IMG/VR virus record: IMGVR_UViG_3300046011_003663 | Coordinates: 1 to 34,697 of that record | Reading direction: 5' to 3' (one strand) | DNA length: 34,697 bases | Source: a virus | Taxonomy: Duplodnaviria; Caudoviricetes | Shown: in pieces, positions 17,133 to 27,330 of the stretch | Layout of the letters: each line of letters begins with the position of its first letter | Numbering within the stretch: the first letter of the stretch is position 1 | Position numbers and translations under genes: made by a program | Notes under the pieces: generated by a model | Seen by the model: the letters and a program-made list of their open reading frames with translations, nothing else | What the model was told of the DNA's origin: nothing | Database searches by the model: none

Positions 17133-19407
17133 TCTATATACGGATGTTTACGGTAATACTTCAAGTTATTACAAAGCAAATGCCGGTGATACTGTTTCTG
17201 TTAAACATACTATTAGTACAGAAATATATATAAGATCAACACAAAGTAATTCAATGTCAATGAATGCTATTGATGGTACAATTGTACAATCACAAGGTTC
17301 ATTTATAGATGAAGGATTTAGAGCTGGTCAAACATATGTATTTAAAGATGTAAACAACTCAAATGTAGTTACTGCAACTTATACGGGTACAATCATTTCT
17401 GTTACAGATTTACAATTAGTACTTACTGGATTACCTAATGTGAATAATTCAAGTTCTCAAGGTTCTATTTGGTGTATATTTGTTGAACAAACTAGAAAAT
17501 CTATTGAATTAGGATTAAATTTCGTTGAAAATGAAAATCCAAATCCATCATTAGAATCTTTAATTGATGGTGAAACTATTAGATTTGTATATAATTCTGT
17601 AGATACTTTAACTGTATCTTCTCAAGCAAATTTAACACAAGTAGGTAAAAAATCAGGTGGATATGCTGTTTCAAATTGCAAAATAAAACGAATAGCTGAT
17701 ACTGTTAATCCTTATGGGTTTACTCATAATAGACAAAATTTTGAAATAACATACGATATTATATTTATAGGTGCATTTGTTGAAGATGCCTTTATAGGTG
17801 TTGAGTGTTTAAAATTATATTCAAAATTACAATTTAAAGTTAATGTTGGTGAAACTTTTGGTGTAACAACTATTAATATACAAGATAAAGCAGATACTGG
17901 ATGGTTTGATACTGGTTTCAATAGTGAAATATCAAATGTTATTTCTTATACTACTGATGCAAACGAATTATATTATAATGAGTCAAAAAATATAATTTTT
18001 ACAATTACTACAAATACAACTAGTATATCAACTATACAAATTGGTGGATGTTATATTACTTTAGATGAAAATCTAAATTTAAATAAAGCAGAATCACAAG
18101 AAATTTATTTACCTTTTGTTAAATCCCCTTTATGGAATGCTACTAATATAGATGATTATGTTAATAGCTCTTCTGATTTTTTTACTATTGCTTTAAGAGA
18201 TTTTAGCTATGTAGATGCTGGTGGTAATCGAACTTTTACAATTGAAATTGAATTTTTACCTTATTATAATTCTTTAAATAGATTTGGTAAATTTATTGAA
18301 GGTAGAGGAGATTCTGACAGACTATTTTATATTTGGTGTAAAGTTGGTAATACAAATGTTTTAGTATATGGTAACCAATTAGAATATAAATTACCAGTTG
18401 GTGAATTAATTACTCCTGACTTTTCAGCTTATGTAAATCATGATAATAATGAATTATTTAAAGATTTATCCGAGCCTACAGAAAATTTGGATATAAATGT
18501 TCATGATAATATAGCTGTTATTTGTGATTTTGATTTTTCAACAGATAATACTTTAGGAAATGTAATAGGAAAAATAGTATGTTATAATACTGCAAATGAC
18601 TCTGAATTTGTACTAGATTCAATAACATACGATTGTACTAATCAAGATCCAAATAACTGGGTAGAATTAAGCCAAAATTTATCATATAGTTTACCTTTAT
18701 CATCAAATAAACAAGTATCTTATTTAGCTTTAAAAAATGTTGTAGATAGAGGAAATTATACTTTAAGGTTATACTATCCATTTATGGTTAGATGGGAAGA
18801 TTATTTAACTGAATTTGAAGCTAACAATTATTTTAAATCGCAAAATAAAGCTACTAAAAATTGGGTAAACTATCAAAATGGAACGTATGAACTTAGATTT
18901 AAATTAGAAATTGAACGTAATGGAGTGTATGATTATTTTTACAAAGATTTAGTTATATATGATTATGATGATTCAACAATTACATCTAATATAAAAATTT
19001 ACGATTCAACCGGTACAAAAGAATATAATACAATTATACAAGGTAATATCTATCTAGTAAAGGCTACTCATGTACATCCTACTTCATGGAGTGGTTATCC
19101 TTGGGGAGATATAACCATAGAGCCAAAAAACGGCAAACCAATGCAATTAATGTCAACGGAGATAGATTGCGATAAAAACAATGCTTTATACGGAATAAAT
19201 AACGATAGACTTCAATACACTTTAGTCTCTGCTGATACCATAGAACTTACTTGTTTACTTGACACTAATAAAGTAAATTATAGTTTTATGATTACTAGTA
19301 AAATAAGTGAAGATGGACAAGATAATAATCACTTAGAAGAAACTAAATTAATGGAAGATGGTACTATTAAATTAATGGAAGATTTAACAACTAAAATAAC
19401 CGATTAA
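17110..19407 (+). CDS. Large beta-rich virion structural protein
   Basis: 765 aa, N/T/S/Y-rich; ends in a duplicated KLMED motif. Confidence 0.6.
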   Translation: MPVTLVSNLYTDVYGNTSSYYKANAGDTVSVKHTISTEIYIRSTQSNSMSMNAIDGTIVQSQGSFIDEGFRAGQTYVFKDVNNSNVVTATYTGTIISVTDLQLVLTGLPNVNNSSSQGSIWCIFVEQTRKSIELGLNFVENENPNPSLESLIDGETIRFVYNSVDTLTVSSQANLTQVGKKSGGYAVSNCKIKRIADTVNPYGFTHNRQNFEITYDIIFIGAFVEDAFIGVECLKLYSKLQFKVNVGETFGVTTINIQDKADTGWFDTGFNSEISNVISYTTDANELYYNESKNIIFTITTNTTSISTIQIGGCYITLDENLNLNKAESQEIYLPFVKSPLWNATNIDDYVNSSSDFFTIALRDFSYVDAGGNRTFTIEIEFLPYYNSLNRFGKFIEGRGDSDRLFYIWCKVGNTNVLVYGNQLEYKLPVGELITPDFSAYVNHDNNELFKDLSEPTENLDINVHDNIAVICDFDFSTDNTLGNVIGKIVCYNTANDSEFVLDSITYDCTNQDPNNWVELSQNLSYSLPLSSNKQVSYLALKNVVDRGNYTLRLYYPFMVRWEDYLTEFEANNYFKSQNKATKNWVNYQNGTYELRFKLEIERNGVYDYFYKDLVIYDYDDSTITSNIKIYDSTGTKEYNTIIQGNIYLVKATHVHPTSWSGYPWGDITIEPKNGKPMQLMSTEIDCDKNNALYGINNDRLQYTLVSADTIELTCLLDTNKVNYSFMITSKISEDGQDNNHLEETKLMEDGTIKLMEDLTTKITD

Positions 19408-19409
19408 AA

Positions 19410-20420
19410 ATGGGAAAAAAAATAACACAATATCCTAATAACGTTTCAGTTAATCCTGATTTAAACTCTTTATTAGATTTAAGTGAAAAAACTGGAACAA
19501 CTACTTTTGAGAGTAGAAAATGGACTTTAACAGCTTTTAAAACATGGGTTAATAGTTGGGTAGTTGCTGGATCAGTAGCATGGAGTTCAATTACAGGCAA
19601 ACCTACAACTTTAAGTGGTTATGGTATTACAGATGCTGTAGATGGTAGTGGAACAACTGACTACGTTCCTAAATGGACTGATTCTAATACTCTTACTGAT
19701 TCATCTATTAGAGAAACTGGTGGTAAAGTAGGTGTAAATGTTGCTCCTGATTCTGCAATTAGACTTAAAGTTAAAGAAACCAGTAGTGCTGTATCTTTAA
19801 GGTCAGAAAATACATGGGCTTCTGCAACTTCCGATACTACTACTGGTTCATTTCAAAATGACGCTGTAAATCCAAGTAATAATAATTATGGTGTAAATAC
19901 ACTTGTAACTGGTAGTGCCGTTGCAAATATAGGAGTTCAAGGTAGAGCAACTGGAAGTGGTACTTCAAATAGTATAGGTGGAGATTTTAGTGCCGAAGGA
20001 ACTACTGCAAATAAATACGCAGTTAGATTGCTTGATGGAACGCAAGGAGTTGGTAAAGTACTTAAATGTGTTGATACTGATGGTAAGGCAAATTGGGGTT
20101 ATATTACACCTACAGTTCAAACAGTTACCAGTTCAGCTACAGTTACTCCAGTATCTACAAATGATTTAGTAATTATTACAGCACAAGCTACTGGACTTAC
20201 ACTTGCTAATCCTACTGGTACATTTGTAGAAGGTCAATCGTTAATGATTAGAATAAAAGATAATGGTACAGCTAGAGCAATTACTTTTGGTGCTGACTAT
20301 AGAGCAATTGGAATAACTTTACCTACTACTACTGTAATAAGTAAAACAATGTATCTTGGAATTATTTACAATTCTACAGATGCAAAATGGGATATTTTAG
20401 GTTTAAATCAGCAAGCATAA
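19410..20420 (+). CDS. Tail fibre-like protein
   Basis: WSSITGKPTTLSGYGITDA fibre repeat; GT..Y.PKW; GKVL..D..G.A.W; Gly/Thr/Ser-rich. Confidence 0.75.
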   Translation: MGKKITQYPNNVSVNPDLNSLLDLSEKTGTTTFESRKWTLTAFKTWVNSWVVAGSVAWSSITGKPTTLSGYGITDAVDGSGTTDYVPKWTDSNTLTDSSIRETGGKVGVNVAPDSAIRLKVKETSSAVSLRSENTWASATSDTTTGSFQNDAVNPSNNNYGVNTLVTGSAVANIGVQGRATGSGTSNSIGGDFSAEGTTANKYAVRLLDGTQGVGKVLKCVDTDGKANWGYITPTVQTVTSSATVTPVSTNDLVIITAQATGLTLANPTGTFVEGQSLMIRIKDNGTARAITFGADYRAIGITLPTTTVISKTMYLGIIYNSTDAKWDILGLNQQA

Positions 20421-21115
20421 TGTACTACTATAGATTAATAAGTTCGATGTTAAAAGCTACAGTGAGTACATTACTTACTGGGCTTTACGCTGTATATAAA
20501 GGGGAATCAAATACAAACGATTCATTAGGCACTTACAACGGAACACCAATGGGTGGTCTTGCTTATAGCACTGGTAAAAGTGGTAATGCTTTTCAATTTA
20601 ATGGAACTACAGCTTATGTTAGTTTACCTAATACATCATGGGAGTTTAATTTTAACAGTGATTTTACTGTATCTACATGGTTTAGAAGTAGTAACTTATC
20701 TGCTTCAAGGTATTTTATTAATAATTATCAAAACAATGGTAGTGCTTGGGGTTATGGTTGGAACTTCTTTTATTCAAGTTCTCTTGGGTTTGTATTTGAG
20801 TTAAACAATGGAGCGTCTAATAATAGAGTTTATTTTCAAAGTTCATATTCCACTAATGTTTGGTATCATGTTGTTGCTGTAAGAACAATGGGACAAAAAC
20901 ATAAGCTATATATAAATGGTGTTGATGTTGCGGCTATACAATCAGGAAGTGTAAGTACTACTGCTGGTTATATTGCAAATCAAAAAATGGATTTAGGCGG
21001 TATATCGTCGCTTAGTTTATTCGCGTTATGCGACCTTGACGAAGTTAATATGTGGAGTAGAGCATTAACAGCAACAGAAGTAACTGAATTACAAACAAAA
21101 TATTATCCTTTTTAA
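20420..21115 (+). CDS. Concanavalin A-like lectin / LamG-domain protein
   Basis: AFQFNG, FTVSTWF, NVWYHVVAV, KLYING, LDEVNMWSRALTATEV; ATG at 20420 (TAATG coupling) preferred over 20387. Confidence 0.85.
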   Translation: MYYYRLISSMLKATVSTLLTGLYAVYKGESNTNDSLGTYNGTPMGGLAYSTGKSGNAFQFNGTTAYVSLPNTSWEFNFNSDFTVSTWFRSSNLSASRYFINNYQNNGSAWGYGWNFFYSSSLGFVFELNNGASNNRVYFQSSYSTNVWYHVVAVRTMGQKHKLYINGVDVAAIQSGSVSTTAGYIANQKMDLGGISSLSLFALCDLDEVNMWSRALTATEVTELQTKYYPF

Positions 21116-21117
21116 TT

Positions 21118-21354
21118 ATGATTAAAGTAAGACAATTAACAGTAGAACAAAAAAATATCCTTGTAGGTAAGGTATGGGGGTTTCAAGGACAATATTTTAA
21201 TCCACAGCAAGATGCAGATGGAAAGTGGTTTATTTCAAATGAAGAGGTTAACGGATGTACATTAGCACAAGCACAATTAATTGGTTGTGATGCGTGGTTA
21301 CTTACACTTCCCGAGATAGACTATAATCCAGTAATAACTGAAATGCCGATATAA
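21118..21354 (+). CDS. Small hypothetical protein (possible fibre accessory)
   Basis: YFNP.QD.DG.WFIS.EE; between the lectin and fibre genes. Confidence 0.65.
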   Translation: MIKVRQLTVEQKNILVGKVWGFQGQYFNPQQDADGKWFISNEEVNGCTLAQAQLIGCDAWLLTLPEIDYNPVITEMPI

Positions 21355-23447
21355 TGAAAGTATTTATAAAAGGTAATTTCTTTATTTATGTCGATTCAAA
21401 CAATTTAGTTTGGACTGATAACTGCGAAAATGCATTAGTATATAAAAATAGTACGTCATCTACTACTTATAATATATTACTAAAATCTTCTAATGCAAGG
21501 TTTACAGATATACCTTTTTCAAGTATTAACGATGAGACTAACACTCCATACGCAACGCAAGATATATTTGAAGAGTATATTTACGAAAACACTGGTGTAA
21601 GGTTTCAACAACCCTTAATTACATTAGACGATTTAAACGATGTTGTTGTTTCAGCACCTTCTAACGGACAAGTAATCGAGTATAATTCCACTAGTGGTAA
21701 ATGGGAAAATGTATCTCCTTCTGCATTAGGTGGTGATATGACACAAGCTGTTTACGATACAGATGGTGATGGTGTTGTTGATAGTTCAGAAAAGTTAGAA
21801 TTTATCGGTAAAAACTCAACTGGTGTAACAATTGGTAAAACTAAAGTAGTATATATTAGTGGTGCTACTGGGCAATTACCTAACATTACACTAGCAGATG
21901 CTTCTACTGAAATAACTAGTTCAAAAACTATTGGTATAACTAGAACTTCAATAGCTAACAATTCAGATGGATATGTTATCACTCATGGAACAATACACGA
22001 TATTAACACTTCGGCTTTTGCAGATGGTGATGCTTTATGGTTATCTGAAACAGCGGGTGAATTTACAAATGTTATACCATCAGAGCCTGCACACGCTGTA
22101 TTTATTGGATATGTTGCTTATGCTCATCCAACAGCGGGTAAAATCATTCTTCATATTCAAAATGGGTATGAATTAAATGAATTACATGGTGTTAAAATCA
22201 CAAGTGAAACGGATAAAGACATAGTTTATTATAACAATTCAACTGGATTATGGGAAAACGCTACTATTCCAGAGGTTTTAGGTTACACTCCTTCACAAAA
22301 TAATAGTCAATTTGTATTTGTGCATTCTAAATCTAATCTACCAACTCCTTCTAGTGGGGTAATAACGCTTGCTAGTAACGTAACTTATTATTTTACTACT
22401 ACAGTAGACTTAACTGGAGATAGGTTAGTATGTAACACTAATACGACTATTTTAGGTGGTTCATCTGAAAATTGTAGAATAAAGTCAACTGGACTTACTG
22501 GAACTGCATTAATCACCTCTTCTTACTCTCTACCAATTAGAAACGTAACAATTGAAGCAGATATAGCTTTAAATTTAAGTGGTGATGGTGTAACTACTGC
22601 ATTAGATTGGTTCGGCGTAAACTTTACAGATTGTAATACGGTTGGTACAATTGCTAACTATACAAACTTTGTGATGTCGGATAGTGCTTTCTTAAACTCA
22701 CAAGGATTAACTTTTGATGGTACTATCGGGACTATTGGAATAAGTAACTCTTTATTTGACTGTAAAGCGTCAGGTACAGCAATTATAATATCATCAGGAG
22801 CGAATATTACACGTAGATTTAGAATTATTTACTCATCATTTATTGCTTTAAGTGGCGAAACAGCATTAAATGTAAATGCTAGTGCTACTATTGGTGATGA
22901 AAAATATATTTTAGATACAATAAACTTTAGTGGTGGTGGTTCATACGTAGCAGGAGTAACACATACTAGCAACAAAGCGTTATTTGTAAACTGTGTAAAT
23001 ATTACAAATACGGCTACTCGTGGATTTATGTATATGGTAAACAACACTACAGATACTACTATTGGTTCTCCAAACGTAAATACATGGGTTAAAGCGAGTG
23101 GTACAACTACCGCAAGTGCTGATAACTCTAAGTTTTCACATTCTGCAAATAGACTTACTTACACTGGTGCATTTTCAAATTCTTTTCAGATTAGTGTAAA
23201 TTGTAGTGTTAGGTCAGGTTCTGTTTCGCAAGTTATATCAATTGGAATAGCGAAAAACGGAACAATACTAGCTGAAAGTGAAATGACAGTTAGAACTGAT
23301 GTTGCCAATCAAGAATATCCAAGTTCTACATCTTGTCAATTAAGTATGACTACAAATGATTATGTTGAAGTTTTTGTTAAAAACACATCAAGTTCAAATA
23401 TGAGAATAGCCGATTTAAATGTTTCAGCAATCAAAATACCAGTATAA
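21354..23447 (+). CDS. Modular tail fibre or adhesin
   Basis: Two copies of L..L.[DG]V......[GK]..I.Y....G.WEN; beta-helix-like middle; C1q/BclA-like end (NDYVEVFVKN). Confidence 0.7.
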   Translation: MKVFIKGNFFIYVDSNNLVWTDNCENALVYKNSTSSTTYNILLKSSNARFTDIPFSSINDETNTPYATQDIFEEYIYENTGVRFQQPLITLDDLNDVVVSAPSNGQVIEYNSTSGKWENVSPSALGGDMTQAVYDTDGDGVVDSSEKLEFIGKNSTGVTIGKTKVVYISGATGQLPNITLADASTEITSSKTIGITRTSIANNSDGYVITHGTIHDINTSAFADGDALWLSETAGEFTNVIPSEPAHAVFIGYVAYAHPTAGKIILHIQNGYELNELHGVKITSETDKDIVYYNNSTGLWENATIPEVLGYTPSQNNSQFVFVHSKSNLPTPSSGVITLASNVTYYFTTTVDLTGDRLVCNTNTTILGGSSENCRIKSTGLTGTALITSSYSLPIRNVTIEADIALNLSGDGVTTALDWFGVNFTDCNTVGTIANYTNFVMSDSAFLNSQGLTFDGTIGTIGISNSLFDCKASGTAIIISSGANITRRFRIIYSSFIALSGETALNVNASATIGDEKYILDTINFSGGGSYVAGVTHTSNKALFVNCVNITNTATRGFMYMVNNTTDTTIGSPNVNTWVKASGTTTASADNSKFSHSANRLTYTGAFSNSFQISVNCSVRSGSVSQVISIGIAKNGTILAESEMTVRTDVANQEYPSSTSCQLSMTTNDYVEVFVKNTSSSNMRIADLNVSAIKIPV

Positions 23448-24061
23448 TGAATGAAGTTAGATTAATATTAGAGCAATTAAGAAAAACAAAAACCTTAGTA
23501 ATTATCATACTTTTAATTGCTTTTGTATTATTTTATTACAAATCTTTAATTACCAATGTAGTAGAAAAAAAGATTGAAACTACAGATGAAGTAAAGAAAG
23601 ACATTAACAATAATGTACTAATTCAGCAATTACTAAACGACCTTATGTTAAAGTACAAAGCTGATAGGGCATACGTCTTTAGATTTCATAACGGAATTAT
23701 GTACTACGACGGTAAACATAAAAATCATCAAAGTTTAGCATTTGAAGTTTGTGGTAGAGGTATATCTAGTGAAGCTATGGAATTACAAAATTTACCTACT
23801 AGTTTATTCCCAGTTTTTCTGCAAGAAGTAATGTTAGGTAAAATGATTTACTCAGACATTGAAGACATAAAAGAGAACGCAACTAAAATATCTTTTAGGG
23901 AACAAGGAATTAAATCTGTAATGATAGCGCCAGTATTCAATAAAGGAAGGTTTGTAAGTTATATAGGGCTTGATTACGTTAAAGAAAGAAGTTCTTTAAA
24001 TTTCAATTACCATGAATTTAAACAGCATACCAATGAGATTGGAAGAATGTTATGTGAATAA
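23447..24061 (+). CDS. Single-TM protein with GAF-like domain
   Basis: TM LVIIILLIAFVLFYY; ADRAYVFRFHNG, GIKSVMIAPV, YIGLDY. Confidence 0.7.
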   Translation: MNEVRLILEQLRKTKTLVIIILLIAFVLFYYKSLITNVVEKKIETTDEVKKDINNNVLIQQLLNDLMLKYKADRAYVFRFHNGIMYYDGKHKNHQSLAFEVCGRGISSEAMELQNLPTSLFPVFLQEVMLGKMIYSDIEDIKENATKISFREQGIKSVMIAPVFNKGRFVSYIGLDYVKERSSLNFNYHEFKQHTNEIGRMLCE

Positions 24062-24090
24062 GTTAGTATCTTAGTAAAAAATTTAATTAT

Positions 24091-24960
24091 ATGCCAACTC
24101 CATTATTTAATAGAACTAAAAGAAATTTTAACTTAGCACAACTAAGAAAAAAAGCTCCATTTGAACAATTAGGCGAAGTTGATCAATGTTGTGATAGAAT
24201 GCTAGTATTAGCACATATAAGTGATAATAGCACTTGGAAAAATGATATTACTTCAAGATTTACTAAGTTGGTTGAAAATTCAGATAGCTGTTTATTTGTA
24301 TTAAAAAAGAACAATGTAAATACTTCTTACCAACCTAACACAACACAATGTGTAAATGATGAATTAGCATTTTATTCAACAATTAATTGGCAAAGTGTTT
24401 TACAATCAAGTGGTATAGGATGTTATGATTTAATTTTAATTGAAAATATATTAGGTGAAGAAACAACAACTACTGTCGGAGAATTTGAACTTAAAAATTA
24501 TACGGTTGAAAATGCACTTGGAACAATTAGAATAAAATCAAATTTTAACCAATATAATAACTTAGAAAAAATAGATTTTACAAATAGTAATGTAGTTGAT
24601 TGTGTACGTGTACAAGGTTTCTTTGGTGATAGACAGCCTAACACAGCAATTGATAATCTTATATATAATGATAGAGTTAGTAGAAATGTTATACGTGAAA
24701 ATCTAAATGTTTATACTTTAGAAACAGATCCACTAGAAGAACAATATACTATTTTAATTATAGATTTGCATATGCTTTCAGAAAATGAAATGTATATTAG
24801 TGATTACAATGATTTTAACCACTCATGGAGTCTTTTAGATGTACCGGTTATATTAAAAGACACTCCAACTTTAGATTATAAAAAATACTCAAAATATGCA
24901 AGTGTTAAAGTAACATTTGAAGATAAACAAAAATTGTCTTACTCAAAATACAACGGATAA
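24091..24960 (+). CDS. Hypothetical protein (possibly structural)
   Basis: 289-aa ORF, TAATG-coupled to the lysis genes. Confidence 0.6.
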   Translation: MPTPLFNRTKRNFNLAQLRKKAPFEQLGEVDQCCDRMLVLAHISDNSTWKNDITSRFTKLVENSDSCLFVLKKNNVNTSYQPNTTQCVNDELAFYSTINWQSVLQSSGIGCYDLILIENILGEETTTTVGEFELKNYTVENALGTIRIKSNFNQYNNLEKIDFTNSNVVDCVRVQGFFGDRQPNTAIDNLIYNDRVSRNVIRENLNVYTLETDPLEEQYTILIIDLHMLSENEMYISDYNDFNHSWSLLDVPVILKDTPTLDYKKYSKYASVKVTFEDKQKLSYSKYNG

Positions 24961-25178
24961 TGAAATTAATTGAAAGATTTAGAAAAGAAACACCGAAAAA
25001 AAACAAAATAATAGGTCAAGCAGCATCTGTTTTGTCTCTTGTATCTTTAACTATTGCTGAATCAGGAATAGTTGATAACCGACCAGTTTTAAGGTTAGGA
25101 TTGGAAGTTTTAAGCGTTAAATTAGGTGCTGTGGCAGTTTATAATGGTCAAAAAGTAGTAAAAGATGATAACAACTAA
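24960..25178 (+). CDS. Putative holin
   Basis: Basic N-terminus, two moderately hydrophobic segments, overlaps the endolysin start. Confidence 0.45.
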   Translation: MKLIERFRKETPKKNKIIGQAASVLSLVSLTIAESGIVDNRPVLRLGLEVLSVKLGAVAVYNGQKVVKDDNN

Positions 25179-25632
25179 GCAACTAATCTCGAAGTATGGT
25201 AAGCCAAATGTAATAGGTCAAGGATATCTAGTTACTATTAATTTACCATATCCTATGCGTTTAGCTTGGGACTTAAACACAAAAGTATCTAGAATGAGTT
25301 GTCATAAACTTGTTGCAGATAAATTTATAGCGGTGTTTAACGACTTATTAAAGCATTACGGATATGCTAAGATAGTAGAATTAGGAATTGATCTTTTCGG
25401 AGGCTGTTTTAACTTCAGGAAAATGCGAGGAGGTTCTGATTGGTCTCGTCACTCATGGGGAGTAGCAATAGATTTGGATCCAGCAAGAAACCTATTAAAA
25501 GAAACTTCTAAAACAGCACGTTTTTCAAGACCTGAATACAAACCAATGATAGATATTTTCTATAAACATGGTTTTGTATCGTTAGGAGTTGAAAAAAACT
25601 ATGATTGGATGCATTTTGAAATAAAAGAATAA
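25165..25632 (+). CDS. Endolysin, M15-family Zn peptidase
   Basis: GCFNFR, SRHSWGVAIDLD, DWMHFE. Confidence 0.92.
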   Translation: MITTKQLISKYGKPNVIGQGYLVTINLPYPMRLAWDLNTKVSRMSCHKLVADKFIAVFNDLLKHYGYAKIVELGIDLFGGCFNFRKMRGGSDWSRHSWGVAIDLDPARNLLKETSKTARFSRPEYKPMIDIFYKHGFVSLGVEKNYDWMHFEIKE

Positions 25633-25670
25633 TTTATCCAAAAATTTAATTTTATAACATATTAATAATT

Positions 25671-25701
25671 AAGTACATTGTAAAAAACTTTGTACTTTTT
25701 T
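25671..25701 (+). terminator. Probable terminator of the late operon
   Basis: aagtaca...tgtactt stem with a T run. Confidence 0.5.
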
Positions 25702-25713
25702 ATTTTTTTATAG

Positions 25714-25754
25714 TATTACATTTGTTTATTAAATGTAATGTATATATATTTGTC
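25714..25754 (+). promoter_or_regulatory. Early promoter A (-33 TTTG, 20 nt, -7 TATATTTG)
   Basis: Matches the Bacteroidota sigma-A consensus; near-duplicate of 32987-33026. Confidence 0.8.
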
Positions 25755-25779
25755 CTATACAAACTAAAAAAACAAAATT

Positions 25780-25977
25780 ATGAACATTATTATTTATCCT
25801 ATCGTATGGACATTATTCTTAGGATGTTGTTTATTGTTTCTTGAGTTATTATCAAGAATTCATAAATACATTAAAACAAGAATAAAAGCTTCAGAAAAAG
25901 TAATTATTGGAGACAAAAAAGGTAACTATATTGATTATGGTTATAAGTATTACATGCCTAAATATCAAAAAAAATGA
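25780..25977 (+). CDS. Small membrane protein
   Basis: N-terminal hydrophobic helix; first gene after promoter A. Confidence 0.65.
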   Translation: MNIIIYPIVWTLFLGCCLLFLELLSRIHKYIKTRIKASEKVIIGDKKGNYIDYGYKYYMPKYQKK

Positions 25978-26159
25978 ATAAAACACAAATTAACGATTTG
26001 CTATATGTAGCTAAATCAATTAAAGAAATGAAAGAAGAAAACGACAAATTTATAAATGAATTTGGAATGAAGTTAGAAGATAAATTTGTTATACATTCTG
26101 CTAAAATGATAGGTAGAATTGATGGTTTAATGTTTGCACTTAGAAATATAGATTTATGA
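25974..26159 (+). CDS. Hypothetical protein
   Basis: ATGA-coupled. Confidence 0.65.
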   Translation: MNKTQINDLLYVAKSIKEMKEENDKFINEFGMKLEDKFVIHSAKMIGRIDGLMFALRNIDL

Positions 26160-26503
26160 AAGCAAAAGAAATTTTTAGAAGAGTGTTTAATAAAAACACA
26201 AATGATTTTCAAGAAGAAGATGTATTTTTTTCAGGATCATTAGGATGGAATGAAGTAATTTTTAAGCATGATAACGAACAAGTAAGCATATTACTTTCAG
26301 ATGAAGGAGAATTATACGATGAAAATGATTGTTTTATATGCTTTTTAAGTGATTTAACGCAATTTACTAACTTCAATGAATACAATGTATGTCAGGATTG
26401 TAATGATACTGGAGAGATAACGGAAACTGTTTATGATAATGATGCACCTTTAGAGTGTTTAAAATATCAATGTACTTGTGAAAATAAACCATTTGCAATA
26501 TGA
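26156..26503 (+). CDS. Acidic protein with CxxCxxxG / CxC zinc-binding motif
   Basis: CQDCNDTG..CTC; ATGA-coupled. Confidence 0.65.
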   Translation: MKAKEIFRRVFNKNTNDFQEEDVFFSGSLGWNEVIFKHDNEQVSILLSDEGELYDENDCFICFLSDLTQFTNFNEYNVCQDCNDTGEITETVYDNDAPLECLKYQCTCENKPFAI

Positions 26504-26769
26504 GTTACTTAAAAAAATACTTCCAAAAAGATATCCCAAACATCCAGGAGTATCGAGATATGAAAATAATCGCAATAGAAAGAATGCTACAATTAGGAAT
26601 GTTGCGAAAAGATATAGCTAAAACAATAGGTGTAACTTATAAAACTTTATGGACACTTGAAAAAGAAGAAGTTAAAAACACTGATTTAATCATAAACTTT
26701 AACAAGTTCATAACTGAAAATAGATACCCAGTTAAAATTAAAACAAAAGTAAAATGGATCAAGCTTTAA
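26500..26769 (+). CDS. XRE/Cro-like helix-turn-helix protein
   Basis: LGMLRKDIAKTIGVTYKTLWTLEK. Confidence 0.7.
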   Translation: MSYLKKYFQKDIPNIQEYRDMKIIAIERMLQLGMLRKDIAKTIGVTYKTLWTLEKEEVKNTDLIINFNKFITENRYPVKIKTKVKWIKL

Positions 26770-27083
26770 TCGAATCAATTAAAAAAAATACTATACGAAG
26801 CTATTCAACTATAGCATTAGTAAATAAATTAACACGTAATCCTCATGATTTAATTATAATTGATGAGTTAAAACGCAGAGCTAATCATAAGCCTAAATGT
26901 TACAAATTAGCAATGATTAGATTAGAAAAAGAAAAATTTAAAACAAAAGTTGGATTAGGTTACAAGAACGAAGCGTATGCAACAGAATTAGAAATGTTAT
27001 CTACTCCAGTTTATCGGTTTGAAGATTTAAGCCCAAGTGAAAAAGCAATTTATAATAATGCTGTAAAATTTTGTAGGATATGA
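26754..27083 (+). CDS. Hypothetical protein
   Basis: Overlapping, coupled ORF. Confidence 0.65.
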   Translation: MDQALIESIKKNTIRSYSTIALVNKLTRNPHDLIIIDELKRRANHKPKCYKLAMIRLEKEKFKTKVGLGYKNEAYATELEMLSTPVYRFEDLSPSEKAIYNNAVKFCRI

Positions 27084-27328
27084 CGGCAATAGATAAATTA
27101 ATTGTAGATATGCAAGAACTTAAGAAAACAAAGTTGTATGCTTCATCTTTTAAATGTATTGATGATTGTTTGTTCTTAGCAGAATATCATAAGAAAGAAG
27201 AACGTAACCAGATTATAAGAGCAATTAATTATTCTGAAATGAAACATGATGAATTATTAAAACAAGCAATTAAAGAAAGAAGAACCTTAGGAGAAGTGTA
27301 TTACGATAAAATAATAAAAACAAAATAA
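27080..27328 (+). CDS. Hypothetical phage protein
   Basis: MTAID.L..., E..QII.A, YY pattern common in small phage ORFs. Confidence 0.65.
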   Translation: MTAIDKLIVDMQELKKTKLYASSFKCIDDCLFLAEYHKKEERNQIIRAINYSEMKHDELLKQAIKERRTLGEVYYDKIIKTK

Positions 27329-27330
27329 TT

